NCBI GenBank assembly: GCA_022813965.1
Contig: JALDZS010000056.1
Span: forward strand, 106,605 to 126,604
Length of the DNA stretch: 20,000 nucleotides
Direction of reading: 5' to 3'
Source: Toensbergia leucococca
Lineage: Eukaryota
The translations under genes and the position numbers were made by a program. Below are positions 10,410 to 20,000 of this stretch, one piece after another; the first letter of the stretch is position 1, and each line of letters opens with the position of its first letter. The notes below the pieces were generated by a model that made no database searches, was not told where the DNA came from, and worked only from the letters and a program-made list of their open reading frames with translations.

Positions 10410-12235
10410 GGGGATAAACAGCACTTCAATCGGTTCCTCTTCGTTGATGAAAGTCGCAGCACATAAAGGTAGTCATGGCAGCGATTGTGTTGGCAGACTG
10501 TCGCAGTGACCTCATGCGGGAAGTGGAGGATAAATACCTGCTGAAGATAAAAGTACGATGATTTTCGATGTCGCCGATCTGCCTAAAGTACGGGTATTCT
10601 ACGGATAGAGTGCTCTCGGTAGAACAGGCCGGACTTTACGGATACCGGTTTATTTAATTCTCTTCGGGAGCCAGCGTGCCAGAGTCTTTTAATTTACTCG
10701 AGTAGTCGATTTCTATGCCTACTTTTCCTTGTCTCTTACCTCTTTCACCTGCAACGAGTATCCACGGGTGTTTGACAGATGTCCTGAATCAATAGCGATG
10801 GGGTCAACACCTCCACCCCTAAAAGGATGGCTCGAGAGATCGACATCTTGAGTCATCACCCTCCTCACATGTAAGGCAACTGCCTTGGGATGCATGGCCA
10901 TTGGCCCTGGAGTACTTGAAGGTACCGAGGCAAAGAAAGTAGCTGACGCCGTGCAACCACAACCGCGACGAGGAAGAGAGAAGTTGCCGCACTCGGGCCA
11001 GCAGCCCTTGGGGTAGTGAACAATCCTTCAAGTATCAACAGCATGTATCACTACATTTTCTTCTCCGCCCTTGTGGACGACTACTTAGGCAATCAATGCA
11101 CCTCCGAGAATACACCTATGCGAGGATTTCGTACGACACTATCCGTACTATTGGCAAAATGTGATTCGGCCGACTAGTCATGTGGCTTGCAGACCTGGAA
11201 TGACTCAGCTATAAATTGGTGCAGCGGCTAGCGAAGTACTGAAGGTAAAATAACGGTACGCGTCAAGTCAGCTTGGAATACCAAGATATTGGAGCTTGTT
11301 GATCAAGAGCGGCTTGGGGACATTGATTGTGGATGACTCATGGTTGATTCATGGGTGATCACGATGAGGCATGGATTTGGCTGTGGTACCACAGCTTTGA
11401 GCCTGCTTAGCTCAGGAGTAGGAGAGCAATACGACGCGAAAGGTGGAGCAGATCTCAAAGTTAGTCTAACATCAGAGACAGGCTGGCACTTATGTGGACA
11501 ACCGCATCAGTTAATCTGCCTTCACGGCATAGCACTTCGGCGTCAGTGACTTGCATGGTCATAATGTGAGCCACATCAATCTGAGATCTCTAGCTGTCTT
11601 CTCCTCAATACTTCTATACAATACGCAAATATTCTATCAGTGCATGATGATTGTGTCTGGATCTAGAGATCTCTTCGGCAATATTCTGGATACGTCCATG
11701 GCCTGTGCTATGTCGAGGCCCACCTACCTTAGCCAGGAGAATCAGCTGCAACTTCTTTCGTAGGCTGAGACTGACCATTTGCACAAGTAGTATTGTTCTT
11801 GGGATTAGGCGCCCTGCAGGGTTTGTGTTCATGACGAAGCTACGGCTCGTTGACAAGGACTGGGAAACTTAGAGTGGATGGGCCATTCCAGTTGTACGCA
11901 TGGTTCCCAACTACCACCAGTATTGAAGAGTTTCACAAAGATGTCACAAGATACCCTGCTTCTCGTTATGTAAGCTCCTCAATGCGACCATAAGAGAACC
12001 TCTTGTTGATTCTTGCAAAGTTTCATGCTATGCAAGTTACATGCGCTGCTTCTTCTGAGTCCTGTCTGCATCGTTTCTCTTCAAGGCTGATACCTTTTGT
12101 ATCATATCTTCAAAGTTTTCAGTCGACAGTGACGTGTTGACTGACATCTTGACTTTTTTTTTAAAGTGCCCTCTCTGCTTTATATTGAACTCTGCACTGT
12201 TTTATGAATAATGTTGATGCCAGGATGCCATATCA

Positions 12236-13223
12236 ATGATGACTTACAGATATATCATAAGCCTCATACTGACTTCCTTTTCATTCTATTTCATTCCCTA
12301 TGCACTACGACATCGTGGTCAGTCTCCGAGTTTCAATATCGCGCCCAGAGCGCCCATCTAATCCAGGTGTAGTTCTTCCAGACAGCGTAGCAAGCGGAAA
12401 CTACCTAATTCAAGACTGTGGCTCCAAGGCCAGCAGCGTCCAAACACTCCTTCAAAATACCTACCAGTCCCTTCAATCCCTCATCACGTCCTTCAATCCC
12501 ACTAGCTCCACCTATACCGCCTTTTTCGGTGGCGTTGACCCTACAATCATTAATGCAGTCTACTCCCGTATGGCCACCGGCGCTAATGTAACAGTCTGGA
12601 TTAGTTCCCGTCAACCTACCATCGTCTGCGTCAATGGACCAGAGAGTACCGTCTGGGACTGGTGTCAATCATCTTCGTTCCTCGCGGGGCATTATCGTCA
12701 GACACAATTTATTGTGCTCTGCCCTAGTTTCTTCGATAAGGCTCCAATGCCCAGTCTAGGAGACTGTGGACGACTGAACCGCGCGAAGACAGCGTTTATG
12801 AATGTACCGCCAGATACGCAGTACAACATCTTAATTCATGAGCTAGTGCATCTGTACCTCGGCCAACAGACTTTAAAGCCAGAGCTTTACAGGATGAATG
12901 AGTGTATTGCCCTGCAGGCTGATGGCAAATTGATCAACCCGTCAAACTATGAATACTACGCGCAAAGTAAGTCTGCCGGCATAAGCTGTGTTGCGGAAGA
13001 CCCGATATTAGGGGACGCATGGGGTTTTTCAAAGGACTCGGAACTGACTTATCTCAAAGACGTTGCGGCCGAATGTACGTCATTTCCCATGGGCATCTCC
13101 ATCGCTGAACCCGACCGTGAACTCCTAAGTCAAGCCTCGGTATCATCGGAAATCCTGAACTTCAGCATTGAATGCGGTAACGCTGTTGGTGAAGTCTATC
13201 TCTTGACCTGTCCTCCAATATGA
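12236..13223 (+). CDS. Secreted HExxH zinc metallopeptidase-like protein (M35 deuterolysin/Lys-N-like). Proposed exons: 12236-12317, 12373 (or 12367/12382)-12966, 13060-13223
   Basis: Motifs YTAFFG, IVLCPSFF, ILIHELVHLY (HExxH) and INPSNYEYYA. A signal-peptide-like MMTYRYIISLILTSFSFYFIPYAL lies upstream in another frame and is joinable by a GTCAGT...CTAAT...AG intron. Second intron 12967-13059 reads GTAAGT...CTGAC...AAG. The 5' structure is uncertain. Confidence 0.75.
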
Positions 13224-14815
13224 CAAGCGGTGCCAACCACATTCAGATATTGCTGTTTGCTCACATAGACCCAAAGCCTATCACTCGACCGTAAGTTTAG
13301 GAGTGAAAAAGCAGATATATATCCACGTCTGTTTCTTCCAAGGCCACTATGCTTGAGCCCTTAGTCCAGTGCTCAAGCAGCGAATACCATGGGAGATAAT
13401 CTATAACAGGGATGAAGATCGTTATATCTCAATCACATGCAAACATACCACCGATACAGTTCTCTAGCTTCAAGATCTCCACATCATACATGCAGCTGCC
13501 ATTCACGGTCCTTTTCGCAAACAGGGTTCCCGTGTTACTTTTCAATACTCGTCAGCAACGACTAATTTCAGTCGCTGCACTGTGGCTCCTTTTCAGGCCT
13601 GTTACAAGTGTAGTAGCGAAGCGAGCATACAACTCCATCTAGGGCGGCGGTGACCTTGACTCAAACTCGGCATGTTTTTTCTAGTTCTCAAAGATTCTGA
13701 ACCTGATGAAGCACTGACAGTAAGGCAGGCACAAAACGGAAATTAGGCTTGCTAGGTGTTCACAATTAACTTGCATGAGAACAATTATTGGGTTTCATCT
13801 CTCCAGGTCCACGCTTATCCGAATACTTTTCTACTTCTCCAATATATCTGTGTTTGTAACAAAGTTTTCCTGTTGACGCACCCAATTCTCTAAACACCAT
13901 AATCTGTTTATGTGCTTTTTCCGAATTGTGGTAGAGCACCGAAAACATTCAACTCGAGGGACCGTGAGCCAAAAGTTTTCGCACGTCTACATTTCTTTTC
14001 CTTGTAAATGGTTGGGTGACAAGAACCTTGCGGCCACGTTGATCGAATATATTCTTGCCGCCATCCCAGCATCTCATCCATCAATTTCCTACCTCGCCCA
14101 TATATCAACGTCATTTTAAGACGAGCAACATCTGCAAAGAAATGTGCTCAACATCCTACTGCGAAGCACCATAGATCCAGAATCACGCTTCTTGGTATCT
14201 ACAGTCAAGTCGACTAATTAAATAGCACCTCGTCTACTGTAGCGTTTCCCTCTTTACTATGGAATGGTGGAGCTACCATGCGGAGGCTGACTGCTGTTGC
14301 TACTCTGCGAATGAGAATCTGAGTTGCCTTAGAGAAGCTTGTACTCTACTTGGGCATTACTATTCTTGAGATTGATGACGGCTTTTCCACCGAGCAACCA
14401 ATCCTATTCTGTCTCCTTATCTTCTCTTCTTCTCAACGATCGATATCAAACATCAGTCCGTGGGGACGAGGTAAAATAGTCGCCATGCGATTGGTGGTCG
14501 ATACATTGCGGCCTTGAAAAGTATGTACGAAAAGCGGGGAAATGAGGCTGCCACTGCTGTACTGAATGTTGCCTTAGGTATATTAATCGCTGCTAAACAG
14601 GGCTAGCGTAGACAAGTCCAATTGTTGAGCTGGTGAGGCCATTGTAACAGAAATGGTGTGATTGTTGATCGCCTTCTTGGATTTCTATCTTCATATTCAA
14701 ATTTCTCTTGGAGTAGTTTCAAATACGTGCGCATTGCAGCATTGTCGTCCACCTTTTCCGCCAAACCACAAGAATAAGCACACTTTCAAAGGCAATAGCA
14801 TACCCTCTTCGAGAC

Positions 14816-16928
14816 ATGCTGCTTTCCATGATTTATTCTGCCTTGCTAGCGATCTTTCCCATCGTTGCGCTTGCACTCATTACTCCCCACTCTCAGTCGC
14901 CTTTGACCCACCGTGGCACTCCTAATATAATTTTCTTCCTCACGGATGATCAAGACCTTCACCTTGACTCCCTGTCTTACCAACCGCTATTGAAAAAGCA
15001 CTTGATTGACGAGGGTCTAACTTTCCAACGTCACTTCTGTACTGTGGCTCTTTGCTGCCCATCCCGCGTTAACCTCTGGACCGGGAAGGCCGCACACAAC
15101 ACCAACGTTACCGATGTAAATCCACCGTATGGTGAGAAACGACACTGTGGAGACATCACGACTGATTCCTGATTAACGACTTGAGCAGGAGGCTACCCTA
15201 AATTCGTGAGCCAGGGTCTCAATGGAAACTATCTCCCTGTCTGGTTGGAAAATGCCGGATACAATGTATATTACACCGGCAAACTCTTCAATGCGCACAC
15301 TGTCGAAAACTACAATTCGCCTTATCCCGCTGGATTTACAGGATCAGACTTCCTACTAGACCCGTACACATATCAATACCTAAATAGCACCTGGCAACGG
15401 AACCAGGACGCGCCTGTCAGATATAAAGGCAGATACACAACGGACGTTATTGCTGAAAAGGCACGAGGGTTTCTCAAAGACGCGGTTGACGCTGGGAAGC
15501 CATTTCTCCTAACCATAGCCCCTGTCGCGCCTCATAGCAATGTTGAGTTCAATGGAAACAATTTTAGTGACTTAGGAAACTCTTTAAGGATCACGCCACC
15601 AATATCTGCAGACAGGCACAAACATTTGTTCGAGGGAGTCAAAATCCCAAGAACAGATCACTTTAATCCGAGAGAGGTAATGTAGCATTCGTCCTTCGCG
15701 TGACATGTGCATTTGAAGCTTACAAAAGATTGGCTTAGCCCAGTGGCGCCAACTGGATTCTCCAGCTACCTCGACAAAATGAGACTCAGGTCGAATACAA
15801 CGACGAGTTCTACCGCTCGCGACTTCGTGCTCTCCAGGCTGTTGATGAGCTCGTCGATGAGACCGTCAATCTCCTCGGTCAATATGGCATTCTAGACGAT
15901 ACATACCTGATCTACACTAGCGACAATGGCTACCACATCGGACAGCATCGATTGCCACCTGGAAAAGAGTGCGGTTTCGAGGAGGGTCAGTATTGAAAGT
16001 TTGAAATGACTACGTATATGAGAAAGATGACAATCTGAAAACCTATAGATGTTAACATACCCTTGATAGTCCGTGGTCCCGGAGTCCCACAAGGCGCCGT
16101 CACTGAGCAAGTTACGTCTCATACCGACCTGGTCCCTACGATTTTTAAAATCCTTGGATTGAAGCCTAGGGACGACTTTGACGGGGTAGCAATTCCACTT
16201 ACCGAGGACGAGATTAGCGAGACGAATGCTGCGAGGCATGAGCATGTCACGCTAGAGTACTGGGGATTTGCTCTAGCGGAAGGGCAGTATGGTTTTCACG
16301 GGGAAGATGCTCAAGGTGCGACTGAAGCTCCTTCTTGGTGAGCTGTTGGTGATACAGTATTGACTCTGTTGACTAGCTAGCATCCAATGGAACAATACCT
16401 ACAAAGCTATCCGGGTAATCTCGGACGAGTATAATCTTTACTACTCAGTCTGGTGTAACAACGAACACGAACTCTACAACTTAGCCGTAAGTCATCCATG
16501 TACTTGGTACTGCAAACTTCATTGGCGCAACCTTGGCGAACTGACGAGACTACTTCCAGACCGATCCTTATCAACTTCACAACGTCTACTCTTCATCTTC
16601 AATGCCTGGCAGAGACCCCAAGTCCGACGTGTCTCAAAGCATCCTTGGAGTGCCTATGGCGAAGCTCGTTGGCCGTCTCGACGCGCTGCTCTTGGTCCTA
16701 AAATCTTGCAAGGGTGAAGCTTGCATTAGACCGTGGGAGGTCCTGCACCCGCGAGGAGACGTGGTAAGCCTGAGGGATGCGCTCAACACAACATACGATG
16801 CTTTTTACGAGGTCGAACAGACGAAAGTTGAGTTTAATCGATGTGAACAAGGCTATGTTCTCGACGCTGAAGGACCACAGGTGGGGTTGGCATTTCGAGA
16901 TGGCTTACGGTGGAGTGAATGGACGTAG
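14816..16928 (+). CDS. Secreted arylsulfatase (formylglycine-dependent, Neurospora ars-1/N-acetylglucosamine-6-sulfatase-like), about 598 aa, 6 exons: 14816-15131, 15189-15676, 15739-15985, 16049-16315, 16377-16486, 16560-16928
   Basis: Signal peptide; PNIIFFLTDDQD; CCPSR (CxPSR) with LWTGKAAHN; YTGKLFN; APH; YTSDNGYHIGQHR..PGK; ELYNL/TDPYQ. All introns are GT-AG and the spliced CDS is 1797 nt, in frame. Confidence 0.95.
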
Positions 16929-17671
16929 AAGGTCTACAGACTGTGATGAAAGACGAAAAGCCTAGTCGCCATGCATCTTATGCAATCGGTACATATGATA
17001 GCGATAAAACGGATCTGGCTGGATGAGCCCTAAGCGTTTGCACTTTGCAATAAATAAGCACCAGAATTTCTTTTCTTTTGACCGGCTGGAAACGTTTCTA
17101 GTTTGTAGCAAATCTTGGGTCTCGTTTTGGCATGGACATTGAGGGATAGTAGGGCGTGTTTTTGAGATGGTCTTCAGCCTTTTTACAAAAGTCTTTCCAA
17201 TACGAAATGAGAACAATACGGTTACAGGTGGAAGGTATTTGCTAGCAGTGAAAAAGAATACAAGAATACCAGTACCATTTTGAAAAAGCCTTCAGTGTCA
17301 TCCCCCCCCCCCCATGTATTTACAGACCGCGTCAGACCAAATAGGAGGTGTCGGCAGTCAACATCGACCGAGCACAAGACGACGGCTCGGATCACGCAAT
17401 CTGCGTTTGCAATTCACGATATTCCGACCATTTGGCCATGGCTCACTAATCCTCCGCCCATGCATCGCTCTACCTGCCTTTGACGAATCAAAGCCAAGAC
17501 GGAAAGATAACGGTATGCAAGCCCTCTCATGGCTTCCCACTTTGTGAAGATCGTTCGGGATAAATGAAAACTTCAAAGCCGAGGGCGAGTTGTGAGAACC
17601 CCGATCAAAAAAGAAAGATGACATACCAATGCTTTTTCTCAGTCCGTCTCGCCACTCCATGTCAAGCAACC

Positions 17672-19997
17672 ATGGTGGCCATTCCCTTCAATGCTGCTGC
17701 GAGCACAGCTTCAGGTCTATCTCATTCGCGCCAACCACACGATCAGACACCTCTGCTCCAGTCAGATCAGACGGGACATGTCCCAAAGGGCCGGCCGTCA
17801 GAGTTGCACCCTGCATCGAAGCTTGTGGATGAAGAGGCAAGGAGCAACGCTTCCGAAGCCATCAAAGAGGATGTAAACGCCAAGTCGGTCAAGGGCATAG
17901 CAGGAGTCATATCTGTGCTAATACTAGGTACGCACGTGCATGGCCGCCTGAACACCTAACAAGGGCCCGCTTCGGAGTAGAATTGAGGGAGCTGAATGCG
18001 GAGTGCCATCTGACCAATATAGGTGTTTTCATTGCAAACGCTGATACCTCGATCGTGTTGGCAACTTACGGGAGCATATCCAGTGAGATTGGCAACCTTG
18101 ATGATGCGAGCTGGCTTGTTGTAACGTATACATTGGCAATGTGTGCTGTTCAGCCGACTGTACGTTGAGCCCTGTGGATCGTGCGCCAGTCACTTTGTTG
18201 TAGTACTGAAGCTCTTGGTGGCAGTACGGCAAGTTGAGCGACGTCTATGGTCGGAAGTCCACGTTGATCACTGCATACACCTTCTTTGCCATTGGATGCG
18301 CTCTAAGGTACTCCACATACTGCAGGACTGCTTCTGAATTGCTCTATAACGAATAGGAGCCTTGGCAGTGCTGATATATCTACAGTGGTGTAGGCACGAG
18401 TATGTGGCAAGTAATTGTTGGTCGTGCTGTCGCAGGAATAGGTGGTGCTGGTATGACCTCTCTAGTCTCGGTCTTGATCGCAGGTATGTCACTGTTCCCG
18501 GCCGCAAGCATTCTCTATTTGATGTTTTTCTCATAGACAAGGTTCCACTGCGGGATGTAGCTACCTGGCGCGGCTATGTCAACGTTGCAGCTACCGTTGG
18601 AAGAAGTGCTGGTGGACCATTCGGTGGCTACTTGGCCGACACGATAGGATGGAGATGGTGAGTTGTACTAAGGCTGGGTATAAAAATCACCGAACATTGG
18701 CTGATCTCTCATAGGTCATTTTACATTCAATGCCCTCTTGCAGTCTTGGCCCTTGTTCTTGTATCATGGAAGCTCGAAATGCGGATCCGTCTCTACCTTG
18801 TTGCTCAACAGAGTCAAAGATGAGGAACTTACGCCGCATTGACTTTTTGGGCTCTGCATCGCTCGCTTTGACAATCGTAACCTCCTTGATTGCGCTTGAC
18901 CTGGGAGGCCAAAAAGTCCCTTGGACAAATCCAATTGTTTGGATACTTTTCGCTACATCCGCCGTTCTCGGATGCGTCTTCTTATTCGTTGAAGCGTTTT
19001 TGGCAAACGAGCCAATTTTTCCATTACGTCTACTCATCCATAGGGATGTTGTGACGGCGAACCTGGTAATCGGATTGCAGATTGTGGCTCAATTTGCGGT
19101 ATTACCCCCCCTTTCTTCGACCTTTTTTAATGTAGATGACTGAGGAACGATAATTGATTTCTCCAGGTCATGTTCACTGTGCCTTTGTACTTCCAGGTCA
19201 CCTCTCGAGCATCAGCGACCAATGCTGGCACACATTTACTTCCTGCGGTACTAGGAAACGCGGTCGGCGGCCTGATGTCTGGCGCTATAATCAAAAGGTA
19301 GCTATTCGTGATTTCGCACCACTCCCTTCTGATACTCATTCTCGATGGGACTGCCTCATATAAATTACTTACTCTTTCGGGCACAATCATCTCTTTTATA
19401 GGCTACCTGCTTTTAATTCTTTTCTGGCGTGGGAAGACGAATGTCTGGGAGTCCCTTTACATCGGGCCCGGTGGGCTTGGGACTGGAATTGTCATGGCGA
19501 CTACTTTCGTTAGCATCGCCGCCGGTGTTGATGAATCCCAAATGGCAATCGCGAGTACAGGTCTTTACTTGAGTGTCAATATAGGCAGTCTAATTGGCGC
19601 AAGTCTGGCAAGCACCGTTTTACAGACTAGCTTGAGAAAAGAGCTGGGACAGAAGTTAGAAGGGTTCTCGGATCAGGAGAATGTACGTACTCACACCATC
19701 ATCATCTTTAACTCGGGAGGGATGAAATCGATAACAATGTTCAACGTTGCAGATCACAAGGAAAGCCTTGTCTGACCTCGAATACGTCAAAGCGTTGAAA
19801 GGTCCAGTCCGAGGAATCGTTGTAGACTCGTATGTGCATAGTTTTGAATCTACACATGGTACGTGTCTCCCACTCTCGACGGTAGCTTTATCAGGCCGAC
19901 GTTCCATGACTGATAAGACGCATCAGTCATCTCCTTAACAAGCTCAGTGCTGGCTCTCCTAGTTGCTTTGTGCATGCGGGAGCATGATCTTGAATGA
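17672..19997 (+). pseudogene. MFS transporter (DHA2/vacuolar basic amino acid transporter VBA-like), apparently disrupted. Exons about 17672-17927, 18023-18159, 18225-18307, 18386-18483, 18537-18657, 18715-19098, 19167-19297, 19349-19682, 19753-19858, 19927-19997
   Basis: Motifs GVFIANADTSIVLATY, QPTYGKLSDVYGRK (motif A), GRAVAGIGGAG, GGPFGGYLADTIGWRW, RRIDFLG, EPIFPL and VPLYFQ. The family call is secure. The frame breaks at about 18775-18823, and the intron-7 acceptor reads TGG instead of YAG at 19346-19348. Whether these are real lesions or assembly errors is unresolved. Confidence 0.75.
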
Positions 19998-20000
19998 TTA

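Noticed and set aside
11590..11860. Intron-like signals (GTCAGT…GCTGAT…AG) and a vaguely TPR-like translation on the minus strand
   Set aside because: No coherent reading frame or recognisable domain; indistinguishable from chance without a search.
14653..14662. ATGGTGTGAT resembling the CYS-3 consensus ATGRYRYCAT upstream of the arylsulfatase
   Set aside because: It mismatches a conserved position and occurs once.
17302..17313. Poly-C tract of 12 nt
   Set aside because: A simple homopolymer with no evident function.

Overview
Eukaryotic, intron-containing DNA from a filamentous ascomycete (Pezizomycotina), inferred from short GT-AG introns with CTRAY branch sites and fungal gene families. 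Six protein-coding loci were rebuilt by hand-splicing. They are a secreted A1 aspartic protease (-), a secreted intronless protein with GH19/lysozyme-like motifs (+), an Ipa1/UBE3D (HECT_2) family gene (-), a secreted HExxH M35-like metallopeptidase (+), a secreted arylsulfatase (+), and a VBA/DHA2-type MFS transporter (+). The MFS gene carries two apparent lesions, a frameshift and a lost splice acceptor. The best hidden feature is in the unusually long first intron of the Ipa1/UBE3D gene: a box H/ACA guide RNA whose 5' pocket matches U2 snRNA at the yeast Psi42/human Psi41 position (snR81-like). Most other ORFs in the six-frame track are shadows or noise.
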